Shown here piece after piece: positions 11,733 to 23,097 of a stretch of 64,000 bases of DNA (the stretch's first letter is position 1; each line of letters starts with the position of its first letter). Under the pieces are notes generated by a model, which saw only the letters and a program-made list of their open reading frames with translations, did no database searches and was not told the DNA's origin. The stretch is taken from the NCBI RefSeq assembly GCF_006345805.1, contig NC_043000.1, forward strand, positions 34,038,001 through 34,102,000. The letters are read 5' to 3'. The stretch comes from Octopus sinensis. Its lineage: Eukaryota. The translations under genes were made by a program, and so were the position numbers.

Positions 11733-12150
11733 CATACAGCTTTACTTGTTGTTGTTGTTGTAAACGACATTGTTTGGTTTGTGATGTTGTTGTCGTCATA
11801 GAATGTTTCTTTATGTGCTTCGATGTAATTTTCTTTATCAGAAGCACAACGACGTTATTTTTCCTGTTGGGGTTTTAACTGTATTTCTTAATATCACTGC
11901 TGCTGCTGCTGCTGTCGTTCCTGCTGATACTGTTGTCTATATTTCACTTTCAACTGAAATAAGTCGATGACATTATTGTCATCGAATGACGATGATGAGG
12001 AGGAAGAAGGGGGGAGGAAGAGGAAGAAGAAACAAAAGAAGAGGAGGAGGGGTATGGGGAGAGGAGATGAATAATTCAAATATGTCTCACGATTCGAGTT
12101 TCATGCGGCTGTCATCGTCAGGCAAGAACTGTCTTCTTTCGTTATGCTGG
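11733..12150 (-). other. Candidate 5' exon of a minus-strand gene ending in ATG at a consensus donor (5' boundary approximate)
   Basis: CTGTATG|GTGAGT donor (intron starts 11732). Upstream unique, CpG-containing leader-like sequence with short CAG/CAA and GA tracts. Confidence 0.55.
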
Positions 12151-13180
12151 ACTGGTTTTTAAATAGACTAGAGAGTTTTTTTAATTCATTTTATGGAAGT
12201 TGCTTTTCGTGTTTTTTATTAAGGCGTTATGTGTCGTTGTTGTTTCTTTCAATTCATTTATTTTATGGTTCATTGGTTAGCTTCATTGTTATTTTCATAT
12301 CGTTTTCCGAATACCGTTTTTGTAAAGTTGTTTTCCAAAGATTTTGTTTTTCTTTATATTATTGTATATTGCTCAGTCTAGCAGTCACTCTTTCAAACCA
12401 CAGTGTTGATTGCGTATTCGCATTGCATTTGACAAAGTGATATTCTATTTTCTAGAGACGTTTATTTGCTTACCTCTTATTCATTGGTTGGTTCAATGGT
12501 TGTGCTCGATATGTCTTTACGTTACATTATACGTATCCTGTTTTGCGGAAGTTGTTATTCTACACCGTCCATTTCTTTTTTACTTTTCCAAATCATTTTG
12601 CATTGAGCAGAAGTAAGGTGCTCCAGTCGTAATTATTCTGTTTTTGACAGAATAGCTTCAACTTAATGATGCAATGTTTGCTTTTTCTGACTTCAGGATA
12701 ACTGTATCGTCACGTCCAGAGGTTGCAGTGTTAGATAATTAACTCGAGAACTTAGGAAAGTGGAAGAAATAAGAGAAAAGAAAAATTCTAAACGACAGAG
12801 ATTGAAAGAATAAGAGATAAATTAGAAGAAAAATGGAATAACGGAATATAAATATATTTAAAGTTGAACGGAAGTAACAACATTCAAATATCAGATGGAA
12901 CCTGTTACCTCCACCATTTTAATTAGATAGATCAACAGAAGTGTTTATCTTCACTTAAACTGGCGTACAGAAGTGGAGTGTAATTGTAAATGTAATTGAA
13001 GGAAAAGGGAAGTGGATGGGAAGAGGGGAGGGTGAGGAGGAGGGGGAAGGGGAGGAGATCGTTGCAGCCGGATATTAAGGATGAAAAATTAATTGAGATA
13101 AACAACGAAAACACGCTCCGTCTACCTTTCTCGCTCGCTATGTGTGTTCACTTATAAATATGCATGCATACATTCACATA

Positions 13181-13220
<40 letters not shown>

Positions 13221-13359
13221 CATACACACACACACACACGCACACATACACACACACACATATATATATACATATATATATGTATGTATACATATGTATG
13301 TGTGTGTGTGCGTGCGCGCACTCTACACCCACAAAGCAGTTTGGGCTTCAAGTCTATCC

Positions 13360-13425
13360 ATGGCTTCGTCGTTTAGTTTGCTTCGTAACCGGGTGGTTTC
13401 TGACGTCTTTGAGTGGAACAAACAG
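13360..13425 (+). other. Possible plus-strand first coding exon MASSFSLLRNRVVSDVFEWNKQ
   Basis: TCC-ATG-G start context and CAG|GTGGGA possible donor in a unique, CpG-containing patch. No partner exon identified. Confidence 0.2.
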
Positions 13426-14482
13426 GTGGGAATCAAAAAGAGGAAGATGAGAACTAAACGAAGGATGCTCTAACATGGATGATACTCCATTACTTTGGAT
13501 TTTAGCTATGTAGCTTCAGTAAGAGGACGGGTTTTATCGTCCCCCATTAAGGCATCTCTCCACTCTTCGCTGTTTGCCTTTAACAGCAAGCAGTGATCAC
13601 TGTTGAATCACTCTCCAGATAATATCTCAGTGACGGTCCTAGGGAGACCCCCAAAATCTGTCACAAAATGTAATAACACTGATAACTTAATAGATATTAC
13701 CATTTTAAATATTACACCTTAATGACTAAAGAGAGGCCTCGTCTAATGAGGGACACGTAATTAAGTCTTGTACTATAGGGAATAATTATAAGAATATTGG
13801 CTATGATTAATGGTTCATTCCCATGCATTTATTTGTATGTGTGTATGTGTGTGTGTCTCTACACATACCTGCACATATAAGTATATAGATATATAAATAC
13901 AGATATGTATGTGTGTATATGTGCCTATAAATACAAGATGGGAATTGTACACAGACAGAAAAACATGATCAATGGATAGACAAAGAGACAGACAAACAGA
14001 TATTGCGGGTGAGATAACGTATGTTGTTATTCACTGCAACGTATCTCGTCCGCATTTACGAAAACAAACCATCGAAAGCAATTTGTAACTGAAAGTATAT
14101 TTACATAGATTTGGAGTGTGACGTATAGAATTCGTTACACGAAGAATGGGACAATTGTGAATCAACAACCAACAACACGTTTTTAAATAAATATATCGAT
14201 TAGTCTAATGGTTAGACACACACACACATGAGTATGTATGTATTATGCATGCACACAAATATCTACATACATATGTGTGTGTGTGTGTGTATGTATACAC
14301 ATATTGTGCGTGTATTTGTGTGTGTCTGTATATATATATATATATATGTACGTATGCATATATGTATGTATATGTATATACATATATATATATATGTATA
14401 TATATGTATGTATGTATTTATATATACATGATATACATGTATATATATATATACACACACTTATATATAAATATGTATCTAT

Positions 14483-14541
<59 letters not shown>

Positions 14542-14733
14542 TATTCGAAGAGAGTGCGAGAGATGTGGAACGTAGATATATAGAGATGGGGAGATAAAGG
14601 GAGAGAGAGAAAGAGAGAGAGAGGAAAAGAAAGAAAGAAAGAAAGAGAGAAGAAAGGAGTGGAAGAATAGAAATATTTATGCATATAAACATACATTCGA
14701 GTATGTGTGGGTGAGTGTGTGTAAAGATATAGT

Positions 14734-14803
<70 letters not shown>

Positions 14804-14821
14804 CAGATAGATAGATATATT

Positions 14822-14871
<50 letters not shown>

Positions 14872-14872
14872 C

Positions 14873-14953
<81 letters not shown>
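14734..14953. repeat. (GATA)n microsatellite, about 220 bp
   Basis: Direct reading; a second array lies at 25775-25880. Confidence 0.97.
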
Positions 14954-15361
14954 TGTATGAAGGAAGGAAGCCTGAATGGTTGGACGGATTTTGTTTTGAA
15001 GATGTGAGGAACTAATGAATGGTCGATGTGATTGTCCGTTTTGTTGTTTCGGCGATGGAAATGTACAGTTTTGTAAAGAATGCTAACGGAACGTGATGAA
15101 ATGAATAGTGATGTAGAAGGTTTAATGGCGGAATTGGCTGGAAGAATGCATGTCAATGATAGAAACTCTTCCGGAAGTCGGCAATTTCGTGGCAGATTTT
15201 GGACGATGGTTTCACATTGTTCGTGTGGGAATGGATGAATGGATGGATGGATGGATCTCTCTCTCTCTCTCTCTCTCTTTCGTCATTTGTATGTGAGTGT
15301 GTGTGTGTGCATACATGCAGATATAGCGTATATGCATACATGTATATGTATACACACACAC

Positions 15362-15392
<31 letters not shown>

Positions 15393-16173
15393 TGTATGTA
15401 TGTATGTATGTATATATATATATATACATACACATACGTATACATATGTATATATATATATGTGTGTGTGTGTGTATGTGCATGTTTATACGTGTATGTA
15501 GGAGTCTCTTTCTCTCTCCATTTCTCTCGTTCTCTCTGTGTACATACATATTACAACCTCTCTCTCCACACACACACACCTTCACACGCACTCGCACATG
15601 CACACCCACACACACATATGCACACACATTCATGCATATGTGTATAATATGTATATTCATGTATATGTGTGTGCGTTTGTATGTGAACATGTTTGTAGAA
15701 AAGGGAGTTGGGAAACGGGTGGGGGTGATTGATTCTCTAAGAGTGAGAGATGGAAGAAATATTTCAAGGATGAATTATAGAAAGGAATGAAATCGTTGAG
15801 TAGCGGGGTGATGGTGCGTTGTGGGGGTACAATAAGAAGTTGAAATGGAACCATTTTTGCAGAAGATTGAAGGAAGAAGAGTAAGAAGAGAAATAAAAGC
15901 GAAGGGAGAAATTTGGAGAGAACGGGATTAAAAATGAATTAACTGAAGAGAAATTGTCAAATGAAGGCATGCGATGAAACTTTACGTAATGGCGGTGGGA
16001 GAATATGGCGGCGTGGAAGGGAAATAGTGAGAGAGATTGATAAAAAGTATCACAAAAATATTGAAGAAATATGTGTCACTTGAATTGACACCACTGTATT
16101 ACAGGTATTTGTTTTACGGAACTTCCTAAAAGAAAATGACGAATAAGAAATGTGATATTTTAGTCCAAAGTAT

Positions 16174-16558
16174 GCCGGCGAGCTGGCAGAATCGTTAGCA
16201 CGCTGGGCGATATGCTAAGCGGTATTTCGTCTGTCTTTACGTTCTGGGTTCAGATTCCGCCGGGGTCAACTTCGCCGTTCATCCTTTCGGGGTCGATAAA
16301 TTAAGTACCAGTTACGCACTGGGGTCAATGTAATCGACTTAATCCGTTTGTCTGTCCTTGTTTGTCCTCTCTGTGTTTCGCCCCTTGTGGGTAGTAAAGA
16401 AATAGGTATTTCGTCCGCTGCTACGTTCTGAGATCAAATTCTGCCGAGGTCGACTTTGCCTTTCATCCTTTCGGGGTCTATAAAATAAATACCAGTGAAA
16501 CAGTGGAGTTGATGTAATCCCCCCAAATTTCGGGCCTTGTGCCTATAGTAAAAAAGAT
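16174..16558 (+). mobile_element. Family-1 SINE, dimeric form
   Basis: Same A-B-A'-C layout as 2951-3371. Confidence 0.88.
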
Positions 16559-17427
16559 ATTTTAGTCCCAAGTTCCGCCAAAATATTCTTAACTTAACGT
16601 TTTATTCCATCACTATTATGGTTGTTGTTGCTGTAATTGTTTCTGTAGTAGGAAAAGTGAAGTTCATGCATTTCTCATTGGTACTAGCAGCGAACAAGAA
16701 GGAATTTGACTGATGCCACTTGGAATCGAAACTTTATCGTGGGACTGGCTAATCAAAAGCCAGCTATCCAGTTTGAACTTAAATATAACAAACACACAAG
16801 GGAGTGTCAAATCACTAGAAATAACAGTTATCCTCCCGATAAAGAACCCATGGCTGTTCAAAAGAGGAATATATGTACAGTAATATATTCCTAGATGTAC
16901 TGTCTTTCCCCTTACCAAAAAAAAAAATCAATGATGGTGACCAAAGACTTTAATCTTAAGTTTTCTCGTTTGAGTTAACCTAGGGTTAAACAAAACAGCA
17001 CAAAATAATAATTTCTAACATCAGCATCACAAGAAATGATATTCCGCGAGAAGGCAATGGTTATTTATTTGACCCAGGTATTTTACTGGTACTTACGCTA
17101 TCTGTCTCAATACGATGAAAGATAAAACATACGCCATCAAGAATTGAACTCACATCCCAGACACATGTTAATAACAATGATTTATAATATCGGCACAAAT
17201 CCACAAAATTCATGCGATGAAATATAATCGGTTATGCCAACCCCCGTATTTACTTATATTTTACTTTACCGACCACTGAAGGATAAAAAGCAAACCCGAT
17301 TTTAATAGGATTTGAACCCAGAACTAGAAAAGCCGTAATTAAATTCCATTCGATTATTTTTTATTCAATGCATTTTAATCTATCACTGAAGATCTTTTTT
17401 ATGATATAACATTCCGATTTATGTGAC

Positions 17428-17684
17428 GTCAACTTAATATGACAGCCCCATGAAAGGGAATAATATTACTGCTATTTAGCCCTAGGAAGCAGCACCGCTT
17501 CCTGTCGGCCTTGACACATTTCCTGTATCCTTATGCTGGCTTAGCTGGGTGGAAGTGCTTATCTTCCCCTTCGTAAACATAAGAACACAGGAAATGTGTC
17601 AAGGCTGACAGGAAGCGGTGCTGAGTCCTAGGGTTAAATAGCAGTAATATTATTCCCTTTCATGGGCTGTCACATTAAGTTGAC
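17428..17684. mobile_element. Foldback/MITE-like element: about 108-bp inverted arms around a 42-nt loop
   Basis: Left arm 17428-17535 and right arm 17578-17684 are reverse complements with only a few substitutions and one 1-nt indel. Confidence 0.85.
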
Positions 17685-17945
17685 AGCATACCACCACTTT
17701 ATCATGTTTCTACTGTATAAATCTCTCTGAGCGATTTAGAAATGTATTATTCCTTAATTCCGATTAATAAAAACGAACAATCTTAAAGACGGATAAATGA
17801 CTGATGCTAGAAATAGAAGACATGTTTACATTTATAAGGTTACATCATCGCATTAAACAACAACTGCAACAACAACAATAGCAACAACAATAACGATTCT
17901 GTTGTAGGAGAAATAAAATGTCATTATCTACTGGAGACAGTGAAA

Positions 17946-18125
17946 ACGCGTTGCTAAGTGGTTAGGGTGTTCGACTCATGATCGTAAGATTGCGGTTTCA
18001 ATTCCTGGCCCGGGCGATGCGTTGTATTCTTGAACAAAGCGCTTCATTTCACGTTGCATCAGTCCACTCAGCTGGCAAGAATGACTAACCCTGCGACAGA
18101 CTCGCATCCTATCCAGGTGGAGACA
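17946..18125 (+). mobile_element. tRNA-derived SINE with CORE-like central domain
   Basis: AGTGGTTAGGG A box, GGTTTCAATTCC B box, then GCGTTGTATTCTTGAACAAAGCGCTTCATTTCACGTTGCATCAGTCCACTCAGCT, also seen at 24290-24570. Confidence 0.65.
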
Positions 18126-18195
18126 TGAGCCTGGCATGGTTCGAGAAGGAAATATTTATTTATTTTTACCTACTCTAGACTCGAATTGATACTAT

Positions 18196-18480
18196 GGGCA
18201 GGTGTTTCCAGGCCGAACAAATACTTGCGAGTGGATTTGATATACGGAAACTGAAAGAAGCCCGTCGTATATATATATGTTTGTGTGTCTGTATTTGTCA
18301 CCCAACCATTGCTTAACAACCGATGATGGTGTGTTTACAACCCCGTAAATTAGCGGCAAGAGAGACCGATAGAATAGGTACAATGCTTACAAAGAATAAA
18401 TCCTGGAGTCGATTTGTTTGTCTAAAGGTGGTGCTCCAGCATGGCCGCAGTCAAATGACTGAAACAAATAAAAGAAAAGA
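18196..18480 (+). mobile_element. Family-3 SINE (5'-truncated); its tail begins the 493-bp duplication unit
   Basis: GAGTGGATTTGATATACGGAAACTGAAAGAAGCCCGTCGTATATA...GGCCGCAGTCAAATGACTGAAACAAATAAAAG. Confidence 0.8.
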
Positions 18481-18772
18481 ATACATGCAACTGGCCCATA
18501 ATACACTCGCCCCCTGACCATGAATAGTTTTCCCTTGCAGTCAATTTTTCACTTGAAAGAAAACTTAATTCTTCAATGCAAAAAATACGGAATTGTTTCT
18601 ACGAAAGTCGTCGAATTACCGGCCCAGCATTCGGGTATGTGTAGTTCACAGCTAACAGGTAAGCCCCTTCTTGTTTAAGAAAACAAAAAGAAAATAAATT
18701 TGATAACCTAACTCTTCTAACTATGGAGAGCTTATGGAATCTCGCGAACTCAATCTTAGAAGCAAAAGTTAT

Positions 18773-18866
18773 TGTCCCGGGCGAGGGTCGAACTCACAAC
18801 CTCCGCATTTCTATGTGAACGTACTGTCTATAAGTACGGCGCGCTAACCGATTGCGCCACCGGGGC
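18773..18866 (-). tRNA. tRNA-Ile-TAT: tRNA-Ile(UAU) with 20-nt intron, copy 1
   Basis: GCCCCGGTGGCGCAATCGGTTAGCGCGCCGTACTTATA[GACAGTACGTTCACATAGAA]ATGCGGAGGTTGTGAGTTCGACCCTCGCCCGGGACA. Cloverleaf forms, intron follows position 37, TTTT terminator 5 nt downstream. C2-A71 mismatch and U50-G64 wobble. Confidence 0.92.
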
Positions 18867-19265
18867 AATACAACGAAACAGTTGTTCAAATATATATTTC
18901 AGTGTAGAGTTTGTCTAAAGGTGGTGCTCCAGCATGGCCGCAGTCAAATGACTGAAACAAATAAAAGAAAAGAATACATGCAACTGGCCCATAATACACT
19001 CGCCCCCTGACCATGAATAGTTTTCCCTTGCAGTCAATTTTTCACTTGAAAGAAAACTTAATTCTTCAATGCAAAAAACACGGAATTGTTTCTACGAAAG
19101 TCGTCGAATTACTGGCCCAGCATTCGGGTATGTGTAGTTCACAGCTAACAGGTAAGCCCCTTCTTGTTTAAGAAAACAAAAAGAAAATAAATTTGATAAC
19201 CTTACTCTTCTAACTATGGAGAGCTTATGAAATCTCGCGAACTCAATCTTAGAAGCAAAAGTTAT

Positions 19266-19359
19266 TGTCCCGGGTGAGGGTCGAACTCACAACCTCCGCA
19301 TTTCTATGTGAACGTACTGTCTATAAGTACGGCGCGCTAACCGATTGCGCCACCGGGGC
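19266..19359 (-). tRNA. tRNA-Ile-TAT: tRNA-Ile(UAU) with 20-nt intron, copy 2
   Basis: Identical to copy 1 except A64 (perfect T stem). Same C2-A71 mismatch and TTTT terminator. Confidence 0.93.
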
Positions 19360-19602
19360 AATACAACGGAACAGTTGTTCAAATATATATTTCAGTGTAG
19401 AATTATCTTTCTATTTCTGTATCTCAGTATAGTATCATCTTTATACTTATATCATCAATTGATTTAAGGAACAATCGATTTATCATAAATCACGAGAGAT
19501 GTAGAGTCGAGGAGGGAGGGAGAAATGAGAAGGACACAACGATAAAATGAGAGAGGGAGGCGAGTAAAAGACAGAGAGAGAGAGGGTAAACAAAATAGAC
19601 GA

Positions 19603-20073
19603 TTCTCGTCTGCTAAGATTTATGTCTGTGTTTTTATACTCCCATATGAAACGATCTCTCGATTCTAATAACGCAGTATTCGGTGTCCAAATGAAACATC
19701 CATGTTAAATTGGATTTAACAATTGCCTTTTTGGTACTAATACTGCTTTCACGCTAATAATTTTTAATAAGCTCACTGGCTATTTGAGACATCAGTGCTG
19801 ATGCTATATAGATCGAGGCAGCGAGATTTGACAGGTAAGCGATAACCGGATGCCTCCCACTGATGAGGTCCGGAAGACTGAAATCACGTGATATGGGAGT
19901 TCTGGCGCCCATAACAGACACTTCTCGTCTGCTACGATTCATGTCTCTGCTTTAATGGATCGTGCGCCTGTAGAAGAGGATCTCTCGAGTCTAATAACGC
20001 AATATTCGGCCCTCTAACAAATCCTCGCCATAAAGATTGCCTTCTGGTAGTAATACAGTTTCTGTCGCCAATA
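19603..20073 (+). repeat. Two diverged copies of a segment of about 155 bp (19603-19760, 19922-20073; period 313-319 bp) bracketing a hammerhead motif
   Basis: Shared blocks TTCTCGTCTGCTA, GATCTCTCGA.TCTAATAACGCA.TATTCGG and ATTGCCTT.TGGTA.TAATAC. Confidence 0.7.
19854..19899 (+). ncRNA. Type I hammerhead ribozyme
   Basis: Stem I CUCCCA/UGGGAG; core CUGAUGA; stem II GGUC-cggaa-GACU; GAAA; palindromic stem III AUCACGUGAU; cleavage triplet AUA, predicted cut after 19893. Confidence 0.85.
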
Positions 20074-20579
20074 AATAGCAGTTTTCATTGTCTTCTACAA
20101 TTCTGTAACAAGTAAGTTCAGCCTTAATGAAGCAAACCCAGGAACAAAGACGTTCCAGCTGTGACCACTTTCCTGTCTTTTTCTTCTAAGTTTACAATAT
20201 CCATTATTAAGATGATAAGTGTGGGTGTTTTTGGTTATTTAGTTGTTATGTTTAGCAGCTCGGGTGACCACATAGGTGCTTTATCGCTCATTCGTCAACA
20301 TCACTGTTGTTGTTTGACCCCAGACCAACCCAGACCCGGCAATTATATGATCAAAAATACTCTAGCCATCTTTTCTTCGTGACATTATGTATAGTGGACT
20401 CCATTATTGCTATGTCTCAACCCGACTATATCTCTTATATCTCTTATATCTCTTATATCTAGGCTTACAAAGAATAAGTCGATTTGCTCGACCAAAGGCG
20501 GTGCTCCAGCATGACAGCAGTCAAATGAGTGAAACAAGTAAAAAAAAAGAAAGAAAAAGAATTATGTTTTCTTTGAGTT

Positions 20580-21310
20580 TTATTTAAGCTCTTCTTAAGA
20601 GAGTCGAAACCGGTCGCTAACAAAGTGACATGACTTTTTGATTTTATGTTTGTAAATAAGTGATTGAGTTGGTGTGTTAGTTGAGCTGCTGATGCACACA
20701 CCCAAGTGCATGTATCTAAAGAATCTCATATGGAGAATCTTTCGAATGTCTTACAAGTCTTCACTGTGCCACTGATTGCCTCGATTAGGAGAGTCCGCGC
20801 CGGTTTCCTTTGTTCTTTTTCCGTGAAACTAAGTATTTCTAGGCTTTTAAGCAAATTTGTTGGAGCATAACCTAAATGCACCTTTGATGCCTCATAAAAA
20901 TGAGAATTCATAGTCAGGGTCCAAGAGCTGTAAGCCCTGCATTAATTGGCCAGAAATGTTCTCTTTTCCCTGGACTTTCAATTGTATATTCACATCCACT
21001 GGGCTGCTGATCTCTTCAACAGCGCATGACTTTCGATCCTTATGTTCCACAGAACAATATCAGCTCTGTTATGTTTGCACCGAATTGATGTTTTTTTTTT
21101 TTATGGGAGTGTTCCTCCAGTATTGCTTGTTTCCAAAACTGTGAAGACATGCTGGCTTTGATGTGCCTTTGATGTATACGTCAAGGCAATCCTTCCTGAT
21201 GATAGCATTGTAAATAATCTTTGCAACTATGATATGCCTCAAGGACAAGTAGTGTCTCGTAGACATTTTAGGGCAACTGCTGATGATATGGGTGATATCT
21301 TCCACATTGG
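20580..21310 (-). mobile_element. RLE-type (R4/Dong group) non-LTR retrotransposon 3' fragment, decayed
   Basis: Minus-strand frames give EDITHIISSCPKM (end of CCHC knuckle), YWRNTPI, KHNRADIVLW (PD-motif region), EEISSPVDVNI and GALGYAP...ISGTVKTCKTF*, with frameshifts and one stop. Confidence 0.8.
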
Positions 21311-21981
21311 TATAGCTTAGTCAAAACGTGAAGGTTTGTGATATCTTTGTATGTATGTGTGGATGGATGGATGGATGGATGGATGGATGGATGCATGGAT
21401 GCATGGAAACTTTTATATTTCCGTCAGGACAAAAGACAATACCTTGAACCAGGAAGGAAGAGGATGTTGTCAAACTGGAGACCTTACAAGAATAGACTCC
21501 GTCAACGATTCCGCCCAAGGTGCCAGGTGGGAATATTAAGCTTGGAGACGCATCGAGTCTACAACGACATCTGTCTCCATATAGATATGTGTGTATTGAT
21601 ATGGCAAGGGTGTGCGTATGTGGGTGTGGTTTGGGTTCCTTATATCTATTTTATTTCTTGGTAGGTGCGTATCGATGAGTCATTGTGTAGCAGGGTACCT
21701 GGGTGTAAGGTCTGCGTCTTTTTTTATTTTAGTATTGAATGTGTGCGTTGTGTGTGTGTGTGTGTGTGTGTGGAGGGGGGTGAATGCATATGTATACAGA
21801 AGTCAAGTCCTATAAGTAAGCATATTTCAAGGTTAAAGACGGTTCTATAAATTGACAACCAGAAATGTCCTCCAAATCGTGCTTTAATTCTATCCTAAAC
21901 ATTCCAACCATCTGTACACACGAGAAGAATGTAGTTTAGCTACAAGAAACATCAAAACAAATGGCTTTTATTATCATTTAC

Positions 21982-22188
21982 TTGTTGTTGTTGTTGTTGT
22001 TGTTCTTCTTCTTCTTCTTCTTCTTCTTCTTCTTCTTCTTCTTCTTCTTCTTCTTCTTCTTCTTCTTCTTTTTCTTTTCTTCTTCTTCTTCTTCTTCTTC
22101 TTCTTCTCCTTCTTCTTATTTTTCTCCTTCTTTTTCTTCTTCTTCTTCTTCTTCTTCTTCTTCTTCTTCTTCTTCTTCTTCTTCTTCT
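21982..22188. repeat. (TTG)n/(TTC)n trinucleotide microsatellite
   Basis: Direct reading. Confidence 0.97.
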
Positions 22189-22548
22189 CTCTCTCTATTT
22201 TTATTCATCCTTTATGCAATCATCCTTCGGCTCGACTTTCGTCAAAGGTTCCACCCCCTAAATATCACTGATCTGAACAACTTTTCGAAAGACGATATTG
22301 TTTTATTCTTTCTCTGTTTTCAGTCGACTCCGCAATTTACTTTCATCCAGTGACGTCTAACCAACCTTCGGGCGTATATATATATATATACATATACACA
22401 CACACACATATATATATAGGCAAATCAAAAATAAAAACTAAAAAGAGACAAGAGTCAATTAGACGTACACATGACTTTTGTAGGGGACGGATAGCACTGG
22501 GATTAAGCTACGGATGAATTTTAAAGTTGATGCCTACACATATACGCA

Positions 22549-22587
<39 letters not shown>

Positions 22588-22639
22588 GCACACCAACACA
22601 TACAAATACACATTCGCGCACGCGCACATGCACATCAGT

Positions 22640-23000
22640 GAATGGTTAAAGGGTTCACTTGGCACACATGGTCCCATATTTGCCCGCATTGTCTTATTGC
22701 TAGTCTCCAGGGCCAATCTTAGTGAGTTAGACGGAGTTGCTGGAAACTGTACGGAAACCCGTAGGGTAGATTCTCCCTGCAATTTCAAGGCCCAGCCATA
22801 TGATCCACTGTTTGAAAATTACGTTAAAAGGTCACTTGTTTGTGAGATACTCAGCCACCTACATGCTAATTATTCAATGAGTCGAATGGATGAAACAACT
22901 AAATGCTGTCGTCGGCATCGACGAAGATCCCTTTCAATTGTTTAAAGCTCTTATTAAAGAAGATCTATGTGAGAGGACCCGGTTTGTGATTTACAATGAA
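22640..23000 (+). mobile_element. Old SINE sharing the family-2 central/3' domain
   Basis: CTGCAATTTCAAGGCCCAGCC...AATTACGTTAAAAGG...CTCAGCCACCTACATGCTAATT resembles 5195-5305. Confidence 0.5.
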
Positions 23001-23097
23001 AAACAAATTAAAATAAATGCCGCCAACAAGCAAAATACAAAAAAAAAGACACAATAACAAAGCAACTGGGATGGGGGGATTGTGGGATTGAATGGGT

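Larger units (their letters stand above)
18416..19401. repeat. Near-perfect 493-bp tandem duplication (18416-18908, 18909-19401), each unit carrying a tRNA gene
   Basis: Both units begin GTTTGTCTAAAGGTGGTGC and end TTTCAGTGTAGA; offset exactly 493; only a handful of substitutions. Confidence 0.95.

Noticed and set aside
12080-12125. Minus-strand CTGACGA...GAAA hammerhead-like spacing
   Set aside because: Stem II does not close, U16.1 is replaced by A, and stem I cannot form.
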